64,000 nucleotides of DNA from Mycobacteriales bacterium (GTDB lineage Bacteria; Actinomycetota; Actinomycetes; JAFAQI01), in the NCBI GenBank assembly GCA_036268405.1, contig DATAUF010000130.1, positions 5,884-69,883 on the forward strand, in the 5' to 3' direction. Made by a program: the position numbers and the translations under genes. Positions 20,420-31,825 of this stretch are shown one piece after another; position 1 is the first letter of the stretch; the number at the start of each line of letters is the position of its first letter. The notes under the pieces are model-generated. The model saw only the letters and a program-made list of their open reading frames with translations. It had not been told where the DNA came from and did not search any database.

Positions 20420-21642
20420 CGAGGCGTTCGTTCAACCGTGCGCTCTGTCATCCCCCATGGCGCGCCGTAGTCCGGCAGCAGATCGAGGAACGGTTGCGGC
20501 TCGAGTGCCTCGGGCCCGAGCACCCCGGCGCCTGACCACGTGCCCGCCGCGATCAGCTCCAATGCGGCTACGGGGTTGACGGCGGTCTGCCACACGACCG
20601 CCTGTGATCCCCACTCGCGCATGCACCGCTCGTTGTCGGCGACCTGGTAGAGGTAGACCTCGCGCGGCGATCCGTCCGTCCCGATCCCGTTGACGACCGT
20701 GCCGGCGCAGGTCAGACCGCGCATCGCGTCGCCGAGTGTCGAAGGGTCGGGAAGACAGGCCGCCACGACATCCCGCGGCGAGACCTTGCTCTGGCCGACC
20801 GCGACCGGATCCGTACGGTCGAGTCCGAGCCGGTGCAACGTCTGCAGGACCGAGATGAACTCCTCGCCGAGGCCGTACTTGAACGTCACACGTTTGGCAT
20901 CCACCCAGCGCGGGATCAGCAGGACCTCTTCGTGCTCGACGTTCACACACTCGACCGGGCCGATTCCCTCCGGGAAGTCGAAGGTCTCCGGCTCCGAGAA
21001 CGGCTCGGTGGTGAACCAGCCCCGATCTCGTTCCCAGATCACCGGCGGGTTGAGGCACTCCTCGATCGTGGTCCAGATCGAGAACGTCGGCGCGAAGTCG
21101 TAGCCCTCAACGACGAGGTTCGCCCCGTCCCGTACGCCGACCTCGTCGATCGACTCGAAGAGCTGGTCGGCGGCGTAGCGGGCGAAGACGTCCGACAAGC
21201 CTGGCTCGACCCCGATCCCGACGAGCGCGAGGATTCCCGCCGCCTTCCAGTCATCGGCGACCGCGAACTGCTCATCGCCGAGCATCACGCCCGTTTGGGT
21301 GTGCGGTTCGGAGGGATGCGGATGTGACAGCGACATCGCCATGTCGAGGTACGTCGTGCCCGTCTCCCTGGCCGCGTCGAAGATCGGCATCACGAACCGC
21401 GGGTCGCAGGCGTTGAGGACCGCGTCGGCCTTGGAGGTCCGCAGCAGCTCGGCCACCGCGGTCTTGTCGCCGGCATCGATCTGCGCGCTGCGCAGCCGGT
21501 CGTCTCCGATCCGGTCGACCACCGTCCTGGCACGCCTCTCGTCGTAGTCCGCCACCACGAGCTCGGTGGCGAAGTCACGGCGCGCCGCAATCGAAGCGGC
21601 GGCGCTTCCGACGCCCCCGGCGCCGATCATGACAATGCGCAT
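20416..21642 (-). CDS. Saccharopine dehydrogenase family NAD(P)-binding protein
   Basis: MRIVMIGAGGVGS Rossmann start in a 408-aa ORF typical of saccharopine/homospermidine-type dehydrogenases. Its stop shares the CTAG tetranucleotide with the convergent gabT relic. Confidence 0.75.
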   Translation of the reverse strand: MRIVMIGAGGVGSAAASIAARRDFATELVVADYDERRARTVVDRIGDDRLRSAQIDAGDKTAVAELLRTSKADAVLNACDPRFVMPIFDAARETGTTYLDMAMSLSHPHPSEPHTQTGVMLGDEQFAVADDWKAAGILALVGIGVEPGLSDVFARYAADQLFESIDEVGVRDGANLVVEGYDFAPTFSIWTTIEECLNPPVIWERDRGWFTTEPFSEPETFDFPEGIGPVECVNVEHEEVLLIPRWVDAKRVTFKYGLGEEFISVLQTLHRLGLDRTDPVAVGQSKVSPRDVVAACLPDPSTLGDAMRGLTCAGTVVNGIGTDGSPREVYLYQVADNERCMREWGSQAVVWQTAVNPVAALELIAAGTWSGAGVLGPEALEPQPFLDLLPDYGAPWGMTERTVERTPR

Positions 21643-21688
21643 GCGGGGACAGTAGCGTCAGCGCCAACGCGCCCCGCTATCACAAACC

Positions 21689-23389
21689 ATGGGCGACACG
21701 GGGAGGCCTGCAATGGCGGCAGCGGTCGAAACTCAGGCACCGGCGAGCAAGGGTCTGAAGACCGGAGCGCTCGGCCTCTGGTCGACCGTCGTGGTCGGTG
21801 TCGCCTCGACGGCTCCTGCCTACAGCTTGGCCGCGACCTTGGGCTACATCGTGCTTCACGCGACGGTGCACACGCCGATCGTCGTGGTGCTCGCGTTCAT
21901 CCCGATGTGGATGATCTCCATCGGCTACAACGAGCTCAACAAGGTGGATCCGGACTGCGGCACGACGTTCACCTGGGCGACCCGCACGTTCGGTCCCAAG
22001 ACCGGGTGGTACTTCGGCGGCTGGGGCATCATCGCCTCCGACGTCCTGATCATGGCCAGTCTGGCGCAGATCGCGGGTCAGTACGTCTTCCTGCTGTTCG
22101 GCGCGCACGGGATCGGAAACAACCCGGCGAGCGGCTGGGTGCTGCTCGTCGGCCTGCTCTGGCTCGTCGTGATGACCTACATCTGCTACCGCGGCATCGA
22201 GGTCTCGGCGAACATGCAGAAGGGCCTCCTCGCCATCGAGGCCGGGATGCTGGTGGTCTTCGCGGCGGTAGCGCTGATCCGGGTTGCGACCGGACATGCT
22301 CCGGCCAGCCACATCTCCCCTGCTTGGGGATGGCTCAACCCGTTCGGCATCTCGTCGGTATCGGCGTTCGTCGCGGCCTTCATCCTGATGATCTTCATCT
22401 ACTGGGGGTGGGACACCGCCGTCACCGTCAACGAGGAAACCGAGGACCCGCAACGAACGGCCGGGCGCGCGGCCATCATCTCCACGATCCTGCTGCTCGC
22501 GATCTACTTCGTCGTCACCTTCGCCGCGCAGACGTTCGCGGGCATCGGCGACACAGGCATCGGCCTGGCGAACGGCAACAACGTGAACGACGTGCTGTCC
22601 GTGCTGGGCCACGCGGTGTTCGGCCACAACTGGGTCGGCACGGTCTTTCTGAAGCTGCTGTTGATCATGGTGCTCAGTTCGGCAGCAGCGTCGACCCAGA
22701 CCACCATCCTGCCGACGGCACGTACCACTCTCGCAATGGCGGTGTACCGGGCCATCCCATCGGCCTTCGCGAAGGTTCACCCCCGCTACCTGACACCCTC
22801 TTTTTCGACCATCGCCATGGGGGCCGTCTCCGGCGTCCTGTACGTCGTCTTCAACTACCTGTCACACGGCAACGTGATCGCGGACTCAGTGACGTCGTGC
22901 GGCGTGTTCATTGCGCTCTACTACGGGACCACTGGTGTGGCATGCACGTGGTACTACCGGAAGACGTTGACGAAGAACGCCCGTGACTTCTTCATGCAGG
23001 GTGTCGTCCCGACCCTCGGCGCCGCGATCCTGTTCTTCGTCGGCGGGTGGAGCATGTATCTCAACTGGCTCAGCCCGACCTCGTCGAGCGACAGCGTCCT
23101 GAGCATCGAGTCGAGCTTCACGTCGTGGCAGATGCCGTTCGCTCCACATTGGGACATCGGCGGGGTCGCGCTGCTCGTCATCTTCGCAGCGGTGGTCGGG
23201 TTGCTCGCGATGGTCGCGTACCGGGTCGCACGTCCGGCGTTCTTCCTCGGCGAGGTCCTGAACAGCTCAACACCGATCCTCGTCCCCGAGTCGAGCGGCT
23301 TGGCAATCGGCACGCCGCCATCTCTCGGCGCAGCGGATGTGCCGCCCGGCGCGCCTCTGGTGCCGCCGGAAGTGCTCGACGGCGAGTGA
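21689..23389 (+). CDS. APC superfamily amino acid/polyamine permease
   Basis: 566-aa polytopic ORF with about 12 or more hydrophobic segments. Start is ATG 21689 or in-frame ATG 21713. Confidence 0.85.
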   Translation: MGDTGRPAMAAAVETQAPASKGLKTGALGLWSTVVVGVASTAPAYSLAATLGYIVLHATVHTPIVVVLAFIPMWMISIGYNELNKVDPDCGTTFTWATRTFGPKTGWYFGGWGIIASDVLIMASLAQIAGQYVFLLFGAHGIGNNPASGWVLLVGLLWLVVMTYICYRGIEVSANMQKGLLAIEAGMLVVFAAVALIRVATGHAPASHISPAWGWLNPFGISSVSAFVAAFILMIFIYWGWDTAVTVNEETEDPQRTAGRAAIISTILLLAIYFVVTFAAQTFAGIGDTGIGLANGNNVNDVLSVLGHAVFGHNWVGTVFLKLLLIMVLSSAAASTQTTILPTARTTLAMAVYRAIPSAFAKVHPRYLTPSFSTIAMGAVSGVLYVVFNYLSHGNVIADSVTSCGVFIALYYGTTGVACTWYYRKTLTKNARDFFMQGVVPTLGAAILFFVGGWSMYLNWLSPTSSSDSVLSIESSFTSWQMPFAPHWDIGGVALLVIFAAVVGLLAMVAYRVARPAFFLGEVLNSSTPILVPESSGLAIGTPPSLGAADVPPGAPLVPPEVLDGE

Positions 23390-23398
23390 TCGACCTTC

Positions 23399-24820
23399 TC
23401 AGCTGTCCAAGTTCGTCATGACGTGCTTGATGCGCGTGTAGTCCTCGAAGCCGTACATCGACAGGTCCTTGCCGTAGCCCGAGTGCTTGAAGCCGCCGTG
23501 CGGCATCTCGGCGACGAGGGGGATGTGGGTATTGATCCAGACGCAGCCGAAGTCCAGCGACTTGGCCATTCGCATGGCGCGACCGTGGTCGCGGGTCCAC
23601 ACCGATGACGCCAGGCCGTACTTCACCCCGTTCGCCCAGCGCAACGCCTCCGCTTCGTCGCTGAAGCGCTGCACGGTGATCACCGGTCCGAACATCTCGT
23701 TCTGCACCATCTCGTCGTCCTGCACGAGATCGGCGACAACGGTCGGCGCGTAGAAGAAGCCTCGCTCGCCGACCCGCGAACCACCGGTTCGCACGCTGGC
23801 ATGCGACGGAGTCCGATCGACGAATCCCGACACGCGCTCGAGCTGGCCGGCGTTGTTCAACGGGCCGAAATCGGCGTCGTCGTCCGGCGCGCCGACCTTC
23901 TGGCCTCTCGCCGCCTCGGTCAGGGCGTCGACGAAGTCGCCATAGACGCCGGGCGCAGCCAGCACCCGGGTTGCCGCGGTGCAGTCCTGTCCGGCGTTGA
24001 AGTATCCGGCAATCGAGATTCCCTCGACCGCCGCCTCGATGTCCGCGTCGTCGAACACGATGCACGGTGCTTTTCCGCCGAGCTCGAGATGCACCCGCTT
24101 GAGATCCGTCGAAGCCGCCGCTGCCACCTCGCTGCCCGCCCGAACACTGCCCGTGATCGAGACCATCTGCGGGACCGGATGCGTGACAAGCGCGCGCCCG
24201 GTGTCGCGATCACCACACACCACGTTCAGCACTCCAGGCGGCAGGAACTCCGCCGCGATCTCGGCGAGCATCACCGTGCTGACCGGAGTTGTGTCGGACG
24301 GCTTGAGGACAACCGCATTTCCGGCGGCGATCGCGGGCGCAAACTTCCAGATCGCCATCATCATCGGGTAGTTCCACGGCGTGACCTGGGCGCAGACGCC
24401 GATCGGCTCTCTACGGATCATCGAAGTGTGACCCGCGAGGTACTCGCCGGCAGCGCGTCCCTCGAGCTGTCGCGCGGCCCCGGCGAAGAACCGGATCTGG
24501 TCGACAGCGGGCGGGATCTCCTCGGAGCGGGTCAGCGCGCGGGGCTTGCCGGTGTTGCGGCATTCGGCATCGACGATCGCATCCGCGTTGGCCTCGATCG
24601 CGTCGGCAATCCGCAACAGCGCGCGTGACCGCTCGGACGGCGTTGCGTCCCGCCACACCTCGAAGCCCGCCAGCGCCGCCGTCATCGCGGCGTCGACATC
24701 GGCGTCCGACGACACCGGCGCCTGGGCGTAGACCTCGCCGGTTGCCGGGTCGATCACGTCACTGGAGCGGCCGCTCTTGGCTGTGACCTGCTGGCCGTTG
24801 ACGAAGTTGGTGAGCTCCAT
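23399..24820 (-). CDS. NAD(P)-dependent aldehyde dehydrogenase (aminobutyraldehyde/betaine-aldehyde type)
   Basis: 473 aa with ELGGKAP and catalytic-Cys context GQDCTAATR. Confidence 0.88.
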   Translation of the reverse strand: MELTNFVNGQQVTAKSGRSSDVIDPATGEVYAQAPVSSDADVDAAMTAALAGFEVWRDATPSERSRALLRIADAIEANADAIVDAECRNTGKPRALTRSEEIPPAVDQIRFFAGAARQLEGRAAGEYLAGHTSMIRREPIGVCAQVTPWNYPMMMAIWKFAPAIAAGNAVVLKPSDTTPVSTVMLAEIAAEFLPPGVLNVVCGDRDTGRALVTHPVPQMVSITGSVRAGSEVAAAASTDLKRVHLELGGKAPCIVFDDADIEAAVEGISIAGYFNAGQDCTAATRVLAAPGVYGDFVDALTEAARGQKVGAPDDDADFGPLNNAGQLERVSGFVDRTPSHASVRTGGSRVGERGFFYAPTVVADLVQDDEMVQNEMFGPVITVQRFSDEAEALRWANGVKYGLASSVWTRDHGRAMRMAKSLDFGCVWINTHIPLVAEMPHGGFKHSGYGKDLSMYGFEDYTRIKHVMTNLDS

Positions 24821-24881
24821 CCACTCATCTTGCCGCGTGGGTGTCGGTTACTGTCGAGCCAAGGCGATCTTGGAGGCTCTG

Positions 24882-26240
24882 TTGACCTCGTTGTCCGACG
24901 CAGCGCGCCGGCACCTCTGGATGCACTTCACCCGAATGTCGGCCTATGCCGACCACGAGGTGCCGATCATCGAGCGAGGTGAGGGCGCCTACGTCTGGGA
25001 CTCGAAAGGCAAGCGCTACCTCGACGGCCTGTCGGGACTGTTCGTCGTACAGGTCGGCCATGGGCGTCAGGAGCTCGCTGACGCCGCCGCCAAGCAGGCC
25101 GCGCAGCTCGCGTACTTCCCGCTTTGGTCATACGCCCATCCGTCAGCGATCGAGCTGGCCGAGCGGCTCGCGTCGTACGCACCCGGAGACATCAACCGGG
25201 TGTTCTTCACCACGGGTGGCTCGGAGGCAGTGGAAAGCGCGTGGAAGCTCTCCCGCCAGTACTTCCGGCTCACCGGGCAACCGGGCCGCTACAAGGTGCT
25301 CAGCCGCGACATCGCGTATCACGGCACGACGATGGGGGCTCTTTCGATCACCGGCGTCCCGGCGATCAAGGCACCGTTCGAGCCACTCGTGCCCGGCAGC
25401 GTGCGGGTGCCCAACACGAACTTCTACCGCGCGTCCGAGCACGGCGACAACCTTGAGCGCTTCGGTGAATGGGCGGCAGATGAGATCGAGCGCGCAATCC
25501 TCCGCGAGGGCCCCGAGTCGGTCGCCGCAGTTTTCCTCGAGCCGGTACAGAACTCCGGCGGCTGTTTCCCGCCGCCGCCGGGCTACTTCCAGCGGGTCCG
25601 GCAGATCTGTGACAAGTACGGCGTGCTGTTGGTGAGCGACGACACGATCTGCGCGTTCGGTCGACTCGGCCACTGGTTCGGCGCGGATCGCTACGGCTTC
25701 CAGCCGGACATCATCACCACCGCCAAGGGCCTGACGAGCGGGTACTCGCCGATCGGCGCCATGCTCGTCTCTGACCGGTTGATCGAGCCGTTCCTCTCCG
25801 GGCCCGCGTCGTTCCTGCACGGCATCACGTTCGCCGGGCATCCGGTTTCGTGCGCGGTGGCACTGGCCAACCTCGACGTCTTCGAGCACGAGGACCTGCT
25901 CGCGCACGTGCGCGCGAACGAAGCTGCATTTCGGTCGACGCTGGAGCGGCTGACCGACCTGCCGATCGTCGGTGACATACGCGGGGACGGCTACTTCTAC
26001 GGGATCGAGATGGTGAAGGACAAGGCCACGCGGGAGACCTTCGACGACGACGAGAGTGAACGGCTGCTGCGAGGCTTCCTGTCCGGCGCGCTCTTCGAGG
26101 CCGGTCTGATCTGTCGTGCCGACGATCGGGGCGACCCCGTGATCCAGCTGTCGCCGCCGTTGATCTGTGAGCAGCCGCAGTTCGACGAGATGGAGCAGAT
26201 CCTGCGCGCGGTGCTCACCGAGGCCTGGTCGCGGCTCTAG
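24882..26240 (+). CDS. Class III (omega) aminotransferase, PLP-dependent
   Basis: LSDAARRHLWMHFTRM N-terminus and PLP-lysine context TTAKGLTSGY. TTG 24882 is preferred (GGAGG 5 nt upstream). The track start 24777 overlaps the divergent aldehyde dehydrogenase gene. Confidence 0.85.
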   Translation: MTSLSDAARRHLWMHFTRMSAYADHEVPIIERGEGAYVWDSKGKRYLDGLSGLFVVQVGHGRQELADAAAKQAAQLAYFPLWSYAHPSAIELAERLASYAPGDINRVFFTTGGSEAVESAWKLSRQYFRLTGQPGRYKVLSRDIAYHGTTMGALSITGVPAIKAPFEPLVPGSVRVPNTNFYRASEHGDNLERFGEWAADEIERAILREGPESVAAVFLEPVQNSGGCFPPPPGYFQRVRQICDKYGVLLVSDDTICAFGRLGHWFGADRYGFQPDIITTAKGLTSGYSPIGAMLVSDRLIEPFLSGPASFLHGITFAGHPVSCAVALANLDVFEHEDLLAHVRANEAAFRSTLERLTDLPIVGDIRGDGYFYGIEMVKDKATRETFDDDESERLLRGFLSGALFEAGLICRADDRGDPVIQLSPPLICEQPQFDEMEQILRAVLTEAWSRL

Positions 26241-26247
26241 GACTGCG

Positions 26248-26868
26248 ATGACCGAGCGCACCACGGTTCGACGGCTACCGGACAAGGCCGTCACCAACCG
26301 TGACGATCTCGACGCGGTGCTCGACGCCGGCTTGGTCGCTCACGTCGGGATCTCCGTCGAGGACCAGCCGTTCGTGCTGCCGTGCGGCTACGCCCGCGAC
26401 GGGGACCGGGTGTTGCTGCACGGTTCGACCGGCAGCAGGCTGTTTCGCGCGCTGGCCGAAGGCACGCCGGCTTGTGTGTCGGTCACGCTGCTCGACGGCC
26501 TCGTCGTCGCCCGATCGCTGTTCGAGTCCTCGATGCACTACCGCTCGGCGATGGTTCTGGGCGCGGGAGTCGGGGTGACCGGCAAGGAGAAGCGCCGCGC
26601 CCTCGACCTGCTCTCCGACGCGCTTCTCCCCGGCCGCCGACCCGATGCCCGGCCGCCGACCCGTCGCGAGCTCGCCGCGACCTGCGTCGTCGCGATTCCG
26701 ATCCGCGAGTGGTCGCTGAAGGTCAGCGATGGACCTCCAGAGGTGGTCGCCGACGACGACGGCTGGGGCCCATGGACCGGCGTGGTTCCGCTGCGGTTGG
26801 CGCCACTCACTCCGATCACCGTCGAAGGCAGACAGCCACCGCCCTACGTTGCGACCTGGCAGCAATGA
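26248..26868 (+). CDS. Pyridoxamine 5'-phosphate oxidase family (FMN-binding split-barrel, COG3467-like) protein
   Basis: ATG 26248 lies 8 nt after the aminotransferase stop. MTERTTVRRLPDKAV...FVLPCGYARDGDRVLLHGSTGSR is typical of this family. Confidence 0.75.
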   Translation: MTERTTVRRLPDKAVTNRDDLDAVLDAGLVAHVGISVEDQPFVLPCGYARDGDRVLLHGSTGSRLFRALAEGTPACVSVTLLDGLVVARSLFESSMHYRSAMVLGAGVGVTGKEKRRALDLLSDALLPGRRPDARPPTRRELAATCVVAIPIREWSLKVSDGPPEVVADDDGWGPWTGVVPLRLAPLTPITVEGRQPPPYVATWQQ

Positions 26869-27060
26869 GCAGCCGCTCGCTGTGGCTGGTCGCGCCTTGC
26901 ATCCCGGTCAGCCGGTGCGTTCGGTCGTGCTCGCAACCGAACCACTGGAACAGGGCACGAAACGCCTGTGCGGCACTCGCGGGGCAAACACTCGCGGACC
27001 GCGCGGAGCGGCGGACCGGCCATCCGGCGAAACGTGCGGCCGGCGCTGGAACGGCTGACG

Positions 27061-27783
27061 TTAGCTGCTCTCGAAGGTGAGAGTGAAGTCCTCGCGTGAC
27101 ACAAGCGGACCGGCCGACACGAGCGTGGTGCCATCGCGCACCCACTGGTAGCGGATCGGCTTCTCGGATCCGAGCGGGTGCGCGTTGATCAGGACATCGC
27201 TGACCTGCGTCGGAGTGAATGGGTCGAGCTTGCCGCTGTCACTCACCCCGTCCACCACGACGCTGTTGTCGCCGATGAAGGCCTGTACGCCGGTGTGGCC
27301 ATGACCCGTTCGGGTCTTTGAAACGTCGGCGGTGGTGTCGTCAACCGTCACCGTCGTCCCGGCCGGTACGACACGCACGCTGACATCGACGACATCGCCT
27401 GCCTGAAGCGTCAGGTCATTGAACGGCTTGTCGTTGACGATCATGACGGACTCGTAGATCGCGTTGCCGTTCTCACACGCGACGCCGAGTCCGGCACCGG
27501 ACGTGATGTGCGCGGCGGTCTTCGGGTTGACGTTGCTGTAGACCAGCACCGAAGGGCCGACGCCACTGAAGCTGCTGTCGCAGGTGATGGTCGGCACGAT
27601 GAATGTCGAGGTGACGTGCTTGACGTGCGCGGTCGGCTTCGACACCGCGAAGCCGGCGAAGATGGGGCTATGCGCCCGGACCGCCGATCCTGCCGCTGCT
27701 ACGGCAGCACCGCTGCCGCCGAGCACGGTCGCCAAGGCGACTACCGCCGGTACGACCGACCGCGCGGTGAAGCGCCTCATCAC
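27061..27783 (-). CDS. Secreted hypothetical protein, beta-rich, two Cys
   Basis: Signal peptide MMRRFTARSVVPAVVALATVLGGSGAAVAAAG. GGAGGA 5 nt upstream of the ATG and GC3-rich codons. See findings for a tentative G1-peptidase-like layout. Confidence 0.7.
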   Translation of the reverse strand: MMRRFTARSVVPAVVALATVLGGSGAAVAAAGSAVRAHSPIFAGFAVSKPTAHVKHVTSTFIVPTITCDSSFSGVGPSVLVYSNVNPKTAAHITSGAGLGVACENGNAIYESVMIVNDKPFNDLTLQAGDVVDVSVRVVPAGTTVTVDDTTADVSKTRTGHGHTGVQAFIGDNSVVVDGVSDSGKLDPFTPTQVSDVLINAHPLGSEKPIRYQWVRDGTTLVSAGPLVSREDFTLTFESS

Positions 27784-27823
27784 GTTCCTCCATCGTCGTT
27801 CGGGTGCGATCCGTACGGCACTT

Positions 27824-28852
27824 CTACGGTGCCTCTGCTGCCGCGAGCTGACCGCAAGCGCCGTCGATCTCGCGCCCTCTCGTGTCCCTCACGGTAGTCG
27901 GCACACCGTAGGACCGCAGAATCCTGACCATCTCCCGCTCCCGGTCCGGCGTGGTCGCCGTCCATTCCGAGCCCGGGGTCGGGTTGAGGGGGATCAGGTT
28001 CACGTGGGCCAGCTGCCCGGCGAGGAGGCGGCCTAGCAGGTGTGCCCGCTCGGGCTGGTCATTGACGTCTCGAATCATCGCGTACTCCAACGAAACCCGT
28101 CGCCCGGACGTGGCGGCGTACCGCCAAGCCGCGTCGAGCACCTCGGCGACCTTCCAGCGGAGGTTGACCGGGACCAGCGTGTCGCGCAGCTCGTCGTCCG
28201 GTGCGTGCAACGACACCGCAAGCGTCACCTGGAGCTTCTCGGCGGCCAGCCGGTCGATCGCCGGAACCAGCCCGACGGTCGAGACCGTGATGTGGCGCTG
28301 CCCGATTCCCAAGCCGGCCGGCACCGGATCGACCAGCCGGCGAAGCACTCGCGCGACGGCGGCATAGTTGGCGAGCGGCTCCCCCATCCCCATGAACACG
28401 ACGTTGTCGACCTCACCGGCGCCACCCATGACGACCTGCTCGACGATCTCGGCGGTCGACAGGTTGCGGGTCAGGCCCGCCTGACCCGTCGCGCAGAACG
28501 GGCACCCCATGCCACATCCGGCCTGCGAGGAGATGCACATCGTCACGCGGTCCGGGTAGCGCATCAACACGCTCTCGACCAGCGAACCGTCGCCTAGTCG
28601 CCACACGGTCTTGCGGGTCATTCCGGCATCGCACTCGACCGAGCGCACCTCGGTGAGCAGGCGCGGCAGGAACTCATTGGTCAACCGCTCGCGGTCGCGA
28701 GCCGGCACGTCTGTCATCGATCCCTCGGCGGCAAAGTGCGCGAAGTAGTGGCGGGAGAGCTGCTCGGCGCGGTACGCCGGCTCACCGGCCGCGACGAGCG
28801 CCTCGCGTCGCTCGGCGACGTCGAGATCCGCGAGATGACGTGGTGGCTTCAT
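27824..28852 (-). CDS. rlmN: 23S rRNA/tRNA (adenine-C2)-methyltransferase, radical SAM
   Basis: ATG 28852 (ATGA overlap with the cdsA stop) gives [19 protein letters not shown]. CxxxCxxC motif present ([11 protein letters not shown]). Confidence 0.9.
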   Translation of the reverse strand: MKPPRHLADLDVAERREALVAAGEPAYRAEQLSRHYFAHFAAEGSMTDVPARDRERLTNEFLPRLLTEVRSVECDAGMTRKTVWRLGDGSLVESVLMRYPDRVTMCISSQAGCGMGCPFCATGQAGLTRNLSTAEIVEQVVMGGAGEVDNVVFMGMGEPLANYAAVARVLRRLVDPVPAGLGIGQRHITVSTVGLVPAIDRLAAEKLQVTLAVSLHAPDDELRDTLVPVNLRWKVAEVLDAAWRYAATSGRRVSLEYAMIRDVNDQPERAHLLGRLLAGQLAHVNLIPLNPTPGSEWTATTPDREREMVRILRSYGVPTTVRDTRGREIDGACGQLAAAEAP

Positions 28853-29675
28853 CAGTGAAGGGGAACGAATGCTGAGAGCAGCGCCCATGCCACGGGTGCG
28901 GAGGGCAGCAACGAGTCCAGTCGATCCATCAGGCCGCCATGCCCGGGCAGCAGCGTCCCCATGTCCTTGATCCCGAGGTCGCGCTTGACCATCGACTCGC
29001 CGAGGTCGCCGAGGGTTGCAGACGTGACGAGCGCGAGCCCGAGCAACACCCCCTGCCACCAGTAGGTGTGCAGCAACGTCGTGCAAAGCAGCCAGCCGAT
29101 GAACGCGCACATCAGGGTGGAGCCGGCCAGACCCTCCCACGATTTCTTCGGGCTGATCCGTGGCGCGAGCGGATGCTTGCCGAACATCGCACCGATCGCG
29201 TATCCACCGACGTCGCTGGCAACCACCGTCGCGACGAAGCACGTCACGCGCCGGTCGCCGTCATGCGCACCCAGCAGCAGCCCGCAGAAACCGGCCAGGA
29301 AGCCGACGTAGACCAGCGCCAGGACTCCCGACGACAGGTCGGCGACCAGACCATCGGTCCCCTTCCAGACGCGGCACACGACAACCGCCGGAATGGTCAG
29401 CAGCATGGCAGTCGTCATGGCGTCACGACCGACCGCGTAGGAGAGGCAAAGGATCGTCGTCGCGCCGGCGAGCAACGGGATGAACGGCGGATGCATGTCC
29501 TTGGCGCCGAGCGCGCGCGTGAGCTCATACATGCCCATGCCGATCGCCAGCACGACGACCGCGAGGAACGCCGGACGGTAGAGGTAGAGCGTCGTCAGGA
29601 CGAGGCCGCCTAACCCGAGGCCGACGACAAGCGCAACCGGCAGGTTGCGGCCGGCGCGCCCAGGCTCCGCCACGG

Positions 29676-29679
<4 letters not shown>
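28852..29679 (-). CDS. cdsA: Phosphatidate cytidylyltransferase
   Basis: 275-aa polytopic ORF in frr-cdsA-rlmN order, with C-terminal [11 protein letters not shown]...GHGG motif. Confidence 0.88.
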
Positions 29680-30976
<1,297 letters not shown>

Positions 30977-31792
30977 TCAGGCGCCCACCGCGAACCGGAC
31001 GAACCGGCTGATCGAGATGCCGGCCTCGTCCAGCACAGCCTGCACCGACTTCTTGTTGTCGCGAACGTACGACTGGTCGAGCAGCACGTTGTCCTTGAAG
31101 AAACCGGTCAGCCGGCCCTCGATGATCTTGGGCAGCGCCTGCTCGGGCTTGCCCTCTTCGCGCGCCGTCGCCTCGGCAATGCGCCGTTCGCTCGCCACCA
31201 CGTCTTCCGGCACGTCGTCACGCGAGAGGTACGGAGGGTTGTACGTCGCGATCTGCATCGCGACACCGCGCGCGGTCTCCGCGTCATCGCCCGCGAACTC
31301 CACGAGCACACCGATCTGCGGAGGCAGATCGGTCGCGCGCTTGTGCAGGTAGGTCGTGGTCCTGCCGTCGTACACGACGACCTGGCCGAGCTCCAGCTTC
31401 TCGCCGATCGCCGCTGCGGTCTGCTCGATCGCTGTGGCAACGGTGCGGCCGTCGGAGAGCGTCTCGGCGTTCAGCGCCTCGATGTCAGCCGGCTTGGACT
31501 GCGCCGCGAGCGCGACGATGTCCGCCGCCAGGGTCTGGAACTCCTCGTTCTTGGCCACGAAGTCGGTCTCGCTGTTGAGCGTGATCATCACGCCCTCCGC
31601 GGCAGCGACCAGGCCATTGGTGGCCTCTCGCTCGCTGCCGCGCCGAGCCACCTTCGCGCCCTGCTTGACCCGCAGCAGCTCGATGGCCTTTTCGAAGTCG
31701 CCGTCAGCCTCTTCGAGGGCACGCTTGCAGTCCATCATCCCCGCGCCGGTCAGGTCGCGGAGCTTCTTCACGTCAGCAGCGCTGACCGCCAT
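30977..31792 (-). CDS. tsf: Elongation factor Ts
   Basis: [29 protein letters not shown]-like N-terminus. Confidence 0.93.
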   Translation of the reverse strand: MAVSAADVKKLRDLTGAGMMDCKRALEEADGDFEKAIELLRVKQGAKVARRGSEREATNGLVAAAEGVMITLNSETDFVAKNEEFQTLAADIVALAAQSKPADIEALNAETLSDGRTVATAIEQTAAAIGEKLELGQVVVYDGRTTTYLHKRATDLPPQIGVLVEFAGDDAETARGVAMQIATYNPPYLSRDDVPEDVVASERRIAEATAREEGKPEQALPKIIEGRLTGFFKDNVLLDQSYVRDNKKSVQAVLDEAGISISRFVRFAVGA

Positions 31793-31825
31793 CGCTTTCG
31801 CTCTTCCTAGTCGTGGGGAACGGAT

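Noticed and set aside
26869-27060. The 192-nt convergent gap between the PNPOx-like and secreted-protein genes, with track ORFs 26816..27145 and 26844..27134, short direct repeats (CACTCGCGG twice, GCGGACCG twice) and a 7-bp hairpin (26919-26942).
   Set aside because: The ORFs overlap both flanking genes' ends and have Arg-rich shadow composition. The repeats are short enough to occur by chance in GC-rich DNA. The hairpins are weak and lack U-tracts. Most likely this is just a bidirectional termination zone, and I cannot support a discrete feature.
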